Part shown: one piece after another, positions 38,783-48,590 of the stretch
Numbering within the stretch: the stretch's first letter is position 1
How the letters are laid out: every line of letters starts with the position of its first letter
DNA from: a bacterium
GTDB taxonomy: Bacteria > Patescibacteriota > Minisyncoccia > Phycocordibacterales > PALSA-1337
Assembly: GCA_025355565.1 (NCBI GenBank)
Contig: JANXZK010000008.1
Coordinates: forward strand, 1-63,008
Length of the DNA: 63,008 nucleotides
Direction: 5' to 3'
Translations under genes and position numbers: made by a program
Notes under the pieces: generated by a model
Database searches by the model: none
What the model saw: only the letters and a program-made list of their open reading frames with translations
What the model was told of the DNA's origin: nothing

Positions 38783-39841
38783 CTAGATCATCCTTTCGAG
38801 CACCTTCGGATTCAGTGAATTTTGATACGCGCTCTCCACTGTGATCTCACCGCTACGGACCAATTCGGCTAGAGATCTATTCATATCGATCATGCCTTCC
38901 TGAGAACTGGTCTCAACAACAGAATTCAACTCGTGCGTCCTGCGCTCACGGATCAAATTGGAAACGGCGTTGTTGTTGATGAGGAGCTCATAAGCGGGGA
39001 TCTGCCCTCCGGAAATGCGCGGTATCAGTCTCTGTGAGAATATACCAGTGAGTGAACCAGCGAGCTGGATGCGTATCTGATCTTGTTGGCCAGATGGGAA
39101 TGAGTCGATGATACGATCTATCGTCTGCGAAGCATTGTTCGTATGCAGGGTCGAGAGGATGAGGTGACCGGTCTCGGCGGCGGTGACTGCTGTGGCGATC
39201 GTATTGATATCTCGCATCTCACCGACCATACAGACGTCGATGTCTTCACGGAACATGGCGGTAAGGGCGCTATGGAAGTCTGGCGTATCGATACGGACCT
39301 CTCGTTGGTCGATGATGGACCTTTTGGACTCGAAGAGATACTCGATCGGATCCTCGATCGTCATGATATGCTCGCTCCTAGTCTCATTTATCATCTGCAC
39401 CATCGTCGCCAGGGTCGTGCTCTTACCCACACCGATCGGTCCCACGACTAGGAAGAACCCTTGCTCTTTCCTGGTAAATGACTCCAGTATAGGTGGCAGA
39501 TTTAGCTCAGTCAGTGTCCTTACCATCTTGGGGATGAGTCGGAGTGCCACGGATATGACTCCCTGATGATAATATGCATTGCCTCGGAATCGCGCATTGG
39601 TCAGACTATATGAAAAATCTACGTTTTTTTCTTTTTCCAAGAGCACTTTGTTCTCTGGTGATAGGAAGACGCCCAAGAAACCCTTCATATCCGTCTCTGT
39701 CATGATCGGCATCTTTAGGAGCGGTATCAGGTTGCCCGAAGCACGAATGACCGGATTGCGGCCGACTGAGAGGTGCAAATCTGAAGCACCTTCTTTCAAG
39801 ATCAAGTTTACGAGATCGTCGATTTCTTTTTTGTAGTCCAT
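38783..39841 (-). CDS. pilT: twitching-motility retraction ATPase
   Basis: 352 aa. Walker A GPIGVGKST and the PilT-size GspE core. Confidence 0.9.
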   Translation of the reverse strand: MDYKKEIDDLVNLILKEGASDLHLSVGRNPVIRASGNLIPLLKMPIMTETDMKGFLGVFLSPENKVLLEKEKNVDFSYSLTNARFRGNAYYHQGVISVALRLIPKMVRTLTELNLPPILESFTRKEQGFFLVVGPIGVGKSTTLATMVQMINETRSEHIMTIEDPIEYLFESKRSIIDQREVRIDTPDFHSALTAMFREDIDVCMVGEMRDINTIATAVTAAETGHLILSTLHTNNASQTIDRIIDSFPSGQQDQIRIQLAGSLTGIFSQRLIPRISGGQIPAYELLINNNAVSNLIRERRTHELNSVVETSSQEGMIDMNRSLAELVRSGEITVESAYQNSLNPKVLERMI

Positions 39842-39901
39842 AGAATTTATGTATTAGGTATTAGATATCAAGTATATATCATCATGCTCGCATTTTATGC
39901 T

Positions 39902-40306
39902 TCATACTTTGTTCTTGCTTACATATATCTTTTCCACCTCCGACAACACCTCCGATGGGATCGTCGTCGCCTTCACGATGTATCCGTCGACTTTGACTCT
40001 CTGTGCTCTAGTGATGTCTTCGGATGAGCCCTGATTCGTGAGAGTGATGATAACGGCATTCGGGGCTAGCTTGTCAGAGTGGACCTTCCCAATGAAATCG
40101 AGACCATCCATTCCCGGCATGACGATATCCACCAAGATGATGTCCGGTATGAAACCCTCGGTCATCGTCTTTAGGGCAACATCCGTTCCGTCGCAAGCTC
40201 GGACGTCATAATCCGCTTTACTGAATTTGAGAGCATACATATCGAGGAGGAATTTGTCGTCGTCTACGAAGAGGATCTTTCTTTTTGATGTATTTGTGTC
40301 TGACAT
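39902..40306 (-). CDS. stand-alone response-regulator receiver domain
   Basis: 134 aa. KILFVDDD, DIILVDIVMPGMDG (phospho-acceptor Asp), conserved T and K. Confidence 0.85.
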   Translation of the reverse strand: MSDTNTSKRKILFVDDDKFLLDMYALKFSKADYDVRACDGTDVALKTMTEGFIPDIILVDIVMPGMDGLDFIGKVHSDKLAPNAVIITLTNQGSSEDITRAQRVKVDGYIVKATTIPSEVLSEVEKIYVSKNKV

Positions 40307-40319
40307 GATGTGTATTGTA

Positions 40320-42038
40320 CTACAATTTATTCACTTCTTCTATAGGGATGACTCTCTCGAAGGCCTTGACGAAAGCATCTTCCTTCAAAGTGAGCATACC
40401 CTTCTTGCGGATGATCTTCGACACTTCGAGCTCCGTAGGCGACGTCAGGATCACCTGTTCGATATCTTTGTCCATCATGAACATCTCGAACACTGCCATA
40501 CGTCCACGAGTCCCCTTTGGACAGCTCGGCGTCGGTTTGATCTTGTAGACAGTATCGGAGAATGGCACTTCCTTTCTGAATTCTGGCGGCAAATCGGCGA
40601 ATTGACGATCGACGATCGCCTTCAAGCTCGCGTCTATAGGCACAGGCTCACCACCACCTTCGACGAGTAGCCCGACTAGGCGTTGTGCTACAGCCAGGAT
40701 CAAGGTCGGCGCGATCAAGAACGGATCGACACCCATATCGATGAGACGTGGAATGACACCGGCCGCATTGTTGGTGTGCAAAGTAGAAAATACCAAGTGA
40801 CCAGTCAAAGCCGCTTGCACTGCCAGTTGCGCCGTCTCCTTATCACGGATCTCTCCCACCATGATCACGTCAGGGTCTTGGCGCAGAGTCGTACGCAGTC
40901 CAGTCGAGAAGTCGTAGCCTATCTCAGGTCTCACTTGGGATTGGGATACGCCGTCGATCGAATATTCCACCGGATCTTCGAGCGATAGCACATTGTAAGC
41001 TTCCCTATCGATCTCGTTCAATATGGAATACAGCGTCGTCGATTTTCCGGAACCAGTAGGACCAGTGAGGAGGATCATCCCGTAAGGCGCATTGATCGCT
41101 GTTTTCAGCATCGCCAAATTCTTTGGTGTGAGTCCCATATCGTCGATCTTACGCGCGCCTTTTGCTTGATCCAGGATACGCATCTCAACCTTTTCTCCAT
41201 AGTAAGACGGAAAAGTTGAAACACGGAAATCGATCTTCCTTCCATCGATACGCGCGGAGAAACGGCCGTCTTGAGGCTTGCGTTTCTCATCCAGGCGCAT
41301 ATTGGATAGCACTTTGATGCGTGCCACCACAGCCGAGTGCACCTGCGAGGGCAAGACTAGACTGGTATTCAAAACGCCATCGACTCGGAAACGGACACGG
41401 ATCTTGTCGCGCATGTGCTCGATATGCACGTCTGAAGCTTCCCCTTCGACAGCATAGCGCACGATCGTCGCCACGATCTTCACGACTGGTGCATCTTCGA
41501 TGATCACAGTCTGCTCCCTGCCTTGCTGAGTCGAAGTATCTTCTTTCTTGATCGTATCGGTCGTGTCGATAGTGAGCTCCGTTTCCAATTCATCTAGCGC
41601 CTTCGATACCTCACCAGTGATGCCTTTGTACATCTCGATGACTTTTTTATAGTCATCGCCGGAGATGAGGAACATCTTGTATGGAATATTTTTCTTGGCA
41701 ACGAGGAATGTTATCGCGTCTCTAGCCTCCATGTTATCAGGATTCACGAAACCGACTTCGAGGACACCATCGACGAGCCCTATCGGTACGAAACCGTAAT
41801 GCTGAGCTGCTTCTTCTGGGATGGAATCGAGTGCTTCGAAAGGCACCGACTGATCGGCGATAGAACGAACTGGCATATTCATGAATTCGCCACGTGCTGA
41901 GACGATATCATCAGGTTTTACGCCTCTCGATATGAGGGCATCCTCTAACGGCGTACCAGAACTGACTTCTCTGCGCGTTGTTTGCGCGTCCTCCTTTGAC
42001 AACAGCTTCTTTTGTACGAGGATGTCTATTACACTCAT
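40320..42038 (-). CDS. pilB: type IV pilus assembly ATPase (GspE/PilB family)
   Basis: 572 aa. N-terminal GSPII domain and Walker A GPTGSGKST. Confidence 0.9.
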   Translation of the reverse strand: MSVIDILVQKKLLSKEDAQTTRREVSSGTPLEDALISRGVKPDDIVSARGEFMNMPVRSIADQSVPFEALDSIPEEAAQHYGFVPIGLVDGVLEVGFVNPDNMEARDAITFLVAKKNIPYKMFLISGDDYKKVIEMYKGITGEVSKALDELETELTIDTTDTIKKEDTSTQQGREQTVIIEDAPVVKIVATIVRYAVEGEASDVHIEHMRDKIRVRFRVDGVLNTSLVLPSQVHSAVVARIKVLSNMRLDEKRKPQDGRFSARIDGRKIDFRVSTFPSYYGEKVEMRILDQAKGARKIDDMGLTPKNLAMLKTAINAPYGMILLTGPTGSGKSTTLYSILNEIDREAYNVLSLEDPVEYSIDGVSQSQVRPEIGYDFSTGLRTTLRQDPDVIMVGEIRDKETAQLAVQAALTGHLVFSTLHTNNAAGVIPRLIDMGVDPFLIAPTLILAVAQRLVGLLVEGGGEPVPIDASLKAIVDRQFADLPPEFRKEVPFSDTVYKIKPTPSCPKGTRGRMAVFEMFMMDKDIEQVILTSPTELEVSKIIRKKGMLTLKEDAFVKAFERVIPIEEVNKL

Positions 42039-42073
42039 GTTGGAAAGAAAAACCTGGGAAGTTGAACCCTGAG

Positions 42074-42436
42074 CTACCTTCTCGCTCCACCAGTCTTGGT
42101 CGTCGTAGTCGCGGCGCTCTGCATACCCGATAGCGGAGCAAAAGGATTTGAACGTCCGACATTTTCCGGCGGGATCTGTACCGAATAATCACGCAACGTG
42201 AGGTATGACGGATCTACGAACAGGCCGCTATCTATCGTGAGAGACTTGATCTGTTTCAGCAATGTGAGCACCCGAACACCTACGGCCTGAGCTTCGTTGT
42301 TGGCGATGGAGGTTTCTAGACTAGAATTGGTCGTCGGCACGCTGCCCTCATAATAGAAATATGCGATGAGTGCCACCACGATGATGGTGATGATGATCAT
42401 GATGGTCTTCTTGGAAGTTTTTGGGGTGTTATTCAT
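42074..42436 (-). CDS. small bitopic pilus-cluster protein (PilP-position), hypothetical
   Basis: From the internal ATG: MNNTPKTSKKTIMIIITIIVVALIAYF. The upstream 50 codons in the track overlap pilO and look non-coding. Confidence 0.5.
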   Translation of the reverse strand: MNNTPKTSKKTIMIIITIIVVALIAYFYYEGSVPTTNSSLETSIANNEAQAVGVRVLTLLKQIKSLTIDSGLFVDPSYLTLRDYSVQIPPENVGRSNPFAPLSGMQSAATTTTKTGGARR

Positions 42437-42473
42437 TTTATTTGGTGAAAAATAGAAAATGTGGCACGAGCGA

Positions 42474-43094
42474 TCACTGAGTACGCATCCAATATGTCTT
42501 GAACTCGACACTAAAATCATAAGTATCGGTATCATTGGCCGACATCGTGAGATGCGTGAGATCCATGATACGCAGATTGGCCTCAAGATCTTGCATCAGA
42601 CTGATGAATTGTAGATATGGGGCGCTCACGCCAAATGAGACCGTGACGGTGTCGAGTATCGGTGTAGCGATGATATTGGCTCTGGCGTTGGCAGCGCTGT
42701 TCATCTGCATGGGATTGGCTGGCATGACTGGTGCCACCACGCTCGGAACTGCACCGCCTTTTTGCGTGCCGGTCGAAGCGGTAGCCTTGATATTGCGCAA
42801 GGAGAATCCATGCTTCAGGGCGACGCTATTTAGATCGATGATGAGACGGATGTTATCGACCGTATTCGGTAACATTTTGTTCAACCGGTCTCGATCGTCC
42901 TGTGACAGATTGTTATAATTCTTCAAGACTTGATCGCGGACTTTGATGAGCTGATCGGCACCATCTATAGCAGAGCTATATTGCGTATTGACCTCTTGGA
43001 CAGCCTTGGCATCAGCTAGTATGCCTTTCGTCACGGTAAAATATATACCGGCGGCAAGTACGATCAGGATTGTTGCTGTGATGTTGCGGTTCAT
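42474..43094 (-). CDS. pilO: PilO-like pilus assembly protein
   Basis: 206 aa. Single N-terminal TM plus a coiled coil. Position after pilN. Confidence 0.6.
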   Translation of the reverse strand: MNRNITATILIVLAAGIYFTVTKGILADAKAVQEVNTQYSSAIDGADQLIKVRDQVLKNYNNLSQDDRDRLNKMLPNTVDNIRLIIDLNSVALKHGFSLRNIKATASTGTQKGGAVPSVVAPVMPANPMQMNSAANARANIIATPILDTVTVSFGVSAPYLQFISLMQDLEANLRIMDLTHLTMSANDTDTYDFSVEFKTYWMRTQ

Positions 43095-43147
43095 GATATT
43101 TGATGGAAGATTTTAAAGTTAAAAACGGAAAACGGACGAAAGTATCA

Positions 43148-43804
43148 TCATTGGTCAGTGGTCGAAGTCGCCGTCACTGCCCCATTATTCAGAACTGATC
43201 TGCTGTAAGAGAGAGTAGACGGGTCGACAGTAGCGGTGAATCCAAACGACACCGTACCCGTACCATCGAGCGTAGGATCAGAGAGTATCGGGTTCTTCAC
43301 GATCTTGCGCAGACCATATAGTTCGAGCTGTCCCAAAACATCAGACTGGAAAGCGACTGATTGGAAATTCTTGCCATACCCTTTCATACTGATCTTCACG
43401 CCGTCAGATTGATTGGTTGGGACCGAGAGATCGAGAGACAAGAATCTGGAGCTTTCTGCCGTAAAGTGCGATATCACATCGAAGACTTGTGAGATCGCCA
43501 AGTGATTTGTCAATAGTTGCTTGGCCAGATCTATCTGGATGTTCACGCGTTTCAACTGTTCGATCAGATCGATGTTAAATTGTTTTTCTCTCTCCGCCAA
43601 TTGTGTCTTGTAACTCGCCTGGGCGGCGATGAGATATTGTTTCCAAGCGTATGCTCCGCCGACCGCACCCAGAGATATGACGAAAACGATAACTCCAAAC
43701 ATCATAAAGAGGCTCACCACCCTCCTAGGTGTTCTCGGAACACCCATGCTGGGCACGACCATCGGCTTCTTGGGTATAAATGAAGTTTGGAATTTTGTCT
43801 CCAT
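43148..43804 (-). CDS. pilN: PilN-like pilus assembly protein
   Basis: 218 aa. Cytoplasmic N-terminus, one TM, coiled coil. Immediately downstream of pilM. Confidence 0.6.
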   Translation of the reverse strand: METKFQTSFIPKKPMVVPSMGVPRTPRRVVSLFMMFGVIVFVISLGAVGGAYAWKQYLIAAQASYKTQLAEREKQFNIDLIEQLKRVNIQIDLAKQLLTNHLAISQVFDVISHFTAESSRFLSLDLSVPTNQSDGVKISMKGYGKNFQSVAFQSDVLGQLELYGLRKIVKNPILSDPTLDGTGTVSFGFTATVDPSTLSYSRSVLNNGAVTATSTTDQ

Positions 43805-43888
43805 GATAAATGAGCTAAAAACTATATATGAATGTAATGATTATAGCAGAGAACTGTCTGTAAAGTGTACTAGAGTTGTGTATAAGTA

Positions 43889-44986
43889 TCATTCTAACTC
43901 CGTCAATCTTCGGAGCGCGGCACCGATAGCAACTGAAAATTCCGGTCCGGCCTGGGCGAATTCCTCGGCGAGAAAGGCTGGCGTCTCGAGTTTGCCAAAT
44001 GGATCGGCATAGACAACCTCCGTCTGGAAGCTGATCTTGGCCAAGTCAGTGAAACCTTTCAACAGCACTCCCCCACCGGTCAGGATGACCTTGCTGACGT
44101 TCTTCTCGTATTTCTTTTGATAATTGAGTAGAGCCGCATTGGCTTCGTAGAACATGTAATCGAGGTTAACAGTGATGATCTCCGTGAGCTCCTTGTATTC
44201 GGGACCGCCTTTCAGTCCATAAGTTCGCTTCATATTCTCCGCTTCGGAAACCGTGATCGACAATGCCTTGGACATCGCCAGAGTGATATCTTGACTGCCT
44301 TTGTTGATGATATGAGACGAACGTAGCACGCCGCGCTCGATGATGTAGAGTTTCGTCGATCGCGCGCCAACATCGATGATCATGTTTGTGGCGATACCCT
44401 GATCGACGACGGCTCTGACCGAACTAAAGATCTCTATCTCATAAAAACTCGGATTGAGACCACTGCCGGCCATGATCGTCTGATAGTCGCTGATGTAATC
44501 ATTGTGGATAGCGATAACGAGTACCTCCTGACCCTGTTTTTCCGTTTTCGTCGTCTCATCATCTGTCACATACTGTTCTTCTTTTGGAATAATGGAGAAA
44601 TCCAAGAGCACTTCGCTCAAAGGTACCGGTATATATTTGCGCGCTTCGATGGCCACAACATCGGCCATCTGCTTTTCTGGCACATGTGGGATATTTACAA
44701 ATGTTATCAGGCTGGCCGAGAGCGGCAGAGCCGTACCACAGTTGACTGTCGTCGTCTTCGCTTCACGTAAGATGTCTTTGATCGCGGCGATGATCTTGTC
44801 AGCCGGTAATTGAACAGATCTACCGATTTCTATTCCCGCATATGGACCGAGAGCCAATTCGCCATAAGTCTCCAAGACCGCTCGTCCATGTTTCTTTTTG
44901 ACTTGCACCACCTTTACTGCCGAAGATCCGATATCAACGCCGAGAACGCTCGTTTCTTTCTTGAAAAGATTTGACAAGAATGACAT
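43889..44986 (-). CDS. pilM: type IV pilus assembly protein PilM (actin-like ATPase fold)
   Basis: 365 aa with VLGVDIGSSAVKVVQV and a second DVGARSTK phosphate motif. Confidence 0.85.
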   Translation of the reverse strand: MSFLSNLFKKETSVLGVDIGSSAVKVVQVKKKHGRAVLETYGELALGPYAGIEIGRSVQLPADKIIAAIKDILREAKTTTVNCGTALPLSASLITFVNIPHVPEKQMADVVAIEARKYIPVPLSEVLLDFSIIPKEEQYVTDDETTKTEKQGQEVLVIAIHNDYISDYQTIMAGSGLNPSFYEIEIFSSVRAVVDQGIATNMIIDVGARSTKLYIIERGVLRSSHIINKGSQDITLAMSKALSITVSEAENMKRTYGLKGGPEYKELTEIITVNLDYMFYEANAALLNYQKKYEKNVSKVILTGGGVLLKGFTDLAKISFQTEVVYADPFGKLETPAFLAEEFAQAGPEFSVAIGAALRRLTELE

Positions 44987-45099
44987 GGTGATATTGTAGC
45001 GCCTCGTGAGGAATTATGAAAGCCCTGCCTTAAGTAATCAACGAGAGTTACTTCGACTCGTCATTTACTATCCTAGGCTTGCACGTTAAAATACACACA

Positions 45100-45786
45100 A
45101 TGTCGATATTGCGAACCATTTACTCGACGGTAGTCGAAGCCCTTTTTCCTACTTCCATAGCTGAGCAGGAAGTCTTGAATATGGATGGAAATACCGCTCT
45201 TCACACTCTGCCCAGAGCGAAGAAGTCACCTATTCTGGAGGCATGCTCTATATATTCATACAAAGACGAGCGAGTATGGAGGATGATCTGGAGCATCAAA
45301 TACAAGAAGTCTGTGATCGCCGCGCGAATAGCCGCCTTCGCACTCCTAGAGACCCTCTCGATATATGCGCGAGCGACATTCCCTATCATCGTCATACCGA
45401 TGCCCATCACAAAGAGACGCAGACGTGAGCGCGGCTACAATCAATGCGAATTGATCGTAAGTGAGATAAAAAAAATGGCCGCACTGTCCGCGGATCATAT
45501 CGAAACTAGATCCATTTGCGTAGCCTATGACCTATTACTCCGTACCAGACACAAGTCACGTCAGACACTGAAAGATCGCGAAGGGAGATTGGAAAGCGCG
45601 CAAGATATATTTGAAGTGAACACCGCGGCAGCTGTCTCGCTCAACATGAAACTGGACGGCCTGACTGACTATCTATTGATCGTGATCGACGATGTCGTGA
45701 CTACTGGCAGTACCATCCGTGATGCCATCTCCACACTTCGTAAAGCCGGATTTTCACAAACATTTGGGTTGTCTGTAGCGCATTGA
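45100..45786 (+). CDS. comF: ComF-family phosphoribosyltransferase-like competence protein
   Basis: ERGYNQCELI and a PRTase loop (LIVIDDVVTTGSTI). The ATG at 45100 is preferred over the TTG at 45079. Confidence 0.8.
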   Translation: MSILRTIYSTVVEALFPTSIAEQEVLNMDGNTALHTLPRAKKSPILEACSIYSYKDERVWRMIWSIKYKKSVIAARIAAFALLETLSIYARATFPIIVIPMPITKRRRRERGYNQCELIVSEIKKMAALSADHIETRSICVAYDLLLRTRHKSRQTLKDREGRLESAQDIFEVNTAAAVSLNMKLDGLTDYLLIVIDDVVTTGSTIRDAISTLRKAGFSQTFGLSVAH

Positions 45787-45931
45787 TATAATTTTATAAA
45801 TTATCGTTTACGTACCAGACAAGGGTTCAAGGGCACGGATATTTTCCTGCTGAAAAATTCCTCGTGTTCGCGCCAGTCGCGCTCACAAGTCCCTTTCACC
45901 CCTATCTGGTACTCAACTCTAGATAATAGAA

Positions 45932-47125
45932 CTACACCACTTTAACGAACCTCCTCTTCCCTATCTTCAGTATCGCGCCTTTTGTTGGTTTGAAATTTGG
46001 ATCGGTAACCTTGGTGTCATCTTCTAGTTTGATACCACCAGCATCTATGAGGCGCCTCCATTCGGACTTTGATGGGATGACGGCAGCCAGGACGAGCGCG
46101 TCAGACAGTGATCCATCGGCACCGATCGTAACCTCTCGCACATCATCTGGCACTCCGCCTTTGGAAAAGGCATTATTGAATGATTCTTCGGCCGCTTTCG
46201 CCGCTGTCTCACCGTGGAATCGGCAGACGATATCAGATGCGATGCGTGCTTTGGCTGCACGTGGACCCATAGCGATGATCGTATCCTTTTCTGACATCGG
46301 TATGCGCGTGCAATTCAAGAATAGTGGCTCGATCATCGGGTCAGGCAGAGCCATGATGGAGCCGAATAGATCATTGGCAAGAACATTGACGAAAACGCCA
46401 GTACCGTTCGACTTTGACATGAGCTCGCCGGTTTTCGGATTGGCGATCAGGTTCAGGGCAATGACAAATTTATCCTTATTGTTGATGCGCTTCTGCAGAG
46501 TACGCCCTGCCATGGCATTAAATATCTGATCCGTACCACAGAGCTCCGCGTCAACATCCATAGCGACACTGTCGTAACCTTGCATTAGTGGATACATGAA
46601 CTCGTGCAGATGGATCGGCGTGCCTTCTTTCATTCGTTTAGCGAACATGTCGCGTTCCAACATCTGTTGGACGGTGAAGTTCGCAGACAATTCGAGAATG
46701 TCACCGAAAGAAAGCTTCGAGAGCCATTCTGAGTTGTACATCACCTTAGCTGGATTTTCCTTATCTCCAAAATTCAACACCGGCTTTATTTGCTCGATCC
46801 AACCAGACATGTTTGACTTCACTTCTTCTGCTGATAATTGTTTGCGAGTTGCCTTCTTGTCAGATGGATCACCGATACGCGCAGTAAAATCGCCGAAGAG
46901 GAATATCACTTCATGACCTAACTGCCGTAATTCTTCCAAGAAGAATAGATTCTTTGCGTGCCCGAGATGTATCGCTGTGCCAGTTGGATCTACGCCAATA
47001 TATATCCTTATAGACTTTCCGGTCATAAGCCTAGCAACGAGCTCGTCTTTTGACGGGAAAACTTCCACGACTGTCCCGCGTGCAAATATCTCCTCGATAC
47101 GTGCCTTGTCGGTGATGGTTTTCAT
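45932..47125 (-). CDS. tyrS: tyrosine--tRNA ligase
   Basis: HIGH-type motif (AIHLGH), KMSKS-type motif (LMSKSNG), C-terminal S4-like domain. The internal ATG at 47125 is preferred. Confidence 0.9.
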   Translation of the reverse strand: MKTITDKARIEEIFARGTVVEVFPSKDELVARLMTGKSIRIYIGVDPTGTAIHLGHAKNLFFLEELRQLGHEVIFLFGDFTARIGDPSDKKATRKQLSAEEVKSNMSGWIEQIKPVLNFGDKENPAKVMYNSEWLSKLSFGDILELSANFTVQQMLERDMFAKRMKEGTPIHLHEFMYPLMQGYDSVAMDVDAELCGTDQIFNAMAGRTLQKRINNKDKFVIALNLIANPKTGELMSKSNGTGVFVNVLANDLFGSIMALPDPMIEPLFLNCTRIPMSEKDTIIAMGPRAAKARIASDIVCRFHGETAAKAAEESFNNAFSKGGVPDDVREVTIGADGSLSDALVLAAVIPSKSEWRRLIDAGGIKLEDDTKVTDPNFKPTKGAILKIGKRRFVKVV

Positions 47126-47152
47126 TGAATCACATTGTAACATCAAGATAAT

Positions 47153-47188
47153 ATAACGCAAAACCAGCTGGCCAGAGCCAGCTGGTTT
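47153..47188 (-). terminator. Rho-independent terminator
   Basis: On the minus strand, AAACCAGCUGGC-UCUG-GCCAGCUGGUUU followed by UGCGUU. Lies between the small membrane-protein gene and tyrS. Confidence 0.6.
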
Positions 47189-47225
47189 CGAATACTATGT
47201 CGTCCAAGATGACTCCCGCGAAAGA

Positions 47226-47525
47226 TTACAAACTCTGTGTCGGTGTGCCTCCCGTATTTGATATACCCGGTGTCGGAGCTGGAGCAGTGACTCCCTTTGA
47301 CCACTTCTTTACGACAAAGATGAGGTAGATGAGCTCGAGGATTCCCATGGTGTTGACGACCAACAAGATGATGAACCACCACTTTTCATTTCGCTTCGCG
47401 GCGTGCCAGAGAGAATACCCTTTCAATAATACGACTGCGATCGCCAATACTGCTGCGAGCACACCAAAACCTACGATGAATAACGGACTGATTCCTAGAG
47501 AATACTGATGCCATGAATTGAACAT
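47226..47525 (-). CDS. small membrane protein (two TM helices)
   Basis: 99 aa with two clear hydrophobic helices separated by HAAKRNEKWW. Confidence 0.6.
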   Translation of the reverse strand: MFNSWHQYSLGISPLFIVGFGVLAAVLAIAVVLLKGYSLWHAAKRNEKWWFIILLVVNTMGILELIYLIFVVKKWSKGVTAPAPTPGISNTGGTPTQSL

Positions 47526-47605
47526 GTTAGTAACAATGTTTATGATTAATAATGACTAATCATAGCATATTACGATGAATCGCGGCATACATCGCGGCAT
47601 TTTTG

Positions 47606-47634
47606 TTGAAACAATGGCTTTTTTGGGCTATAGT
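47606..47634 (+). promoter_or_regulatory. sigma70-like promoter for tRNA-Leu
   Basis: TTGAAA, a 17-nt spacer, then TATAGT, ending 47 nt upstream of the tRNA 5' end. Confidence 0.45.
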
Positions 47635-47680
47635 GGACATGCTAAACGGGAAAAGGTAGTATGAAGATTGACAAAATAAT

Positions 47681-47767
47681 GCGCGGGTGGCGAAATTGGT
47701 AGACGCACTACCTTGAGGTGGTAGCGCCCATTAGGGCATGGAAGTTCGAGTCTTCTCCCGCGCACCA
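47681..47767 (+). tRNA. tRNA-Leu (anticodon GAG), CCA encoded
   Basis: 87-nt class II tRNA: acceptor GCGCGGG/CCCGCGC, anticodon loop UUGAGGU, long variable arm, 3' ACCA. Confidence 0.9.
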
Positions 47768-47905
47768 GTAGTAACTTGTTCGGAATGAAGAATGTCGGCA
47801 ATTTGCTGGAGGCTATGAGCGCCGGTAATGTAGAGATCAAATATTCGAGGCACATACTTGGCATGTTTCTTGTCCAGAATGATTGAATTGGTAGCCTTGT
47901 CGTTA
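47768..47905 (-). pseudogene. relic of a serine-recombinase (integrase) gene
   Basis: The fragment ...NDKATNSIILDKKHAKYVPRIFDLYITGAHSLQQIADILHSEQV resembles the recombinase domain of large serine recombinases. It is truncated on both sides, abuts the tRNA-Leu 3' end, and is cut by the IS630 insertion. Confidence 0.45.
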
Positions 47906-47926
47906 TTAACCAACCCCCCAAATACA

Positions 47927-48590
47927 TCAATCAGCATACGCAGTAAGTTTCGTGGTGAAGAACGATCTGATGACTGATGGTCTCATTTGCAATGACTTCA
48001 TGCGTGAATACACATTCTTCCTGAGCTCCGAATAATCAGTTGGGATTGAGGAAAGGTGTACACTCTGTTTCAAGGCGTTGTTTAGAAGCTCATCTGGATT
48101 ATGTTGTGGAGCGTACGGAGGCAGGGAAAAAAAGCTTGATGCGATCACTGTGCTTTTGTTCCCAAAGCCGTGTTTTCTTCGCTTTGTGCACCTGTAGGTT
48201 GTCCACGATGAGATATATCTTCTTTTCCGTGTCTTTGATCAGTCGTTCCGCGAATGTCATAAATAGCCGGGTATTCAGGGCTCCGCGGTACATCATGAAA
48301 CGCATATCACCTCTGTTGGTGATACTCGAAATGAATGATATATGACCTTGTCGTGCAGGTAATCTCACGGCCGGTGTTTTACCCTTGGGTGCATAGCTCC
48401 TTGCGTAAAAAGTGGAGAGTGCCACTCCGGTTTCATCTCCCCAGTGTATTTCTGCACCATTTTCCTTTGCTTCTTCCTCAATCTTGGGGTATTCGATCTC
48501 TAACCAGTGTTTGATCTTCTCCTCCCGACTTCTGCCGCCAAAACACCCATCCCAAATAGCCCTTGCAAAACAAGGGTTATTTAATTTCAT
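47927..48590 (-). pseudogene. IS630 transposase, C-terminal part (frameshifted)
   Basis: DDE_3 core (HWGDETG, IYLIVDNLQVH, LPPYAPQHNPDE). The frame changes within a T7 run (minus strand, about 48127-48135). Confidence 0.85.

Noticed and set aside
47628-47937. Track ORFs 47628..47930(-) and 47731..47937(-)
   Set aside because: They read through the tRNA-Leu gene and the IS630 terminal repeat. Only the internal recombinase-like stretch is meaningful, and it is reported as a relic instead.
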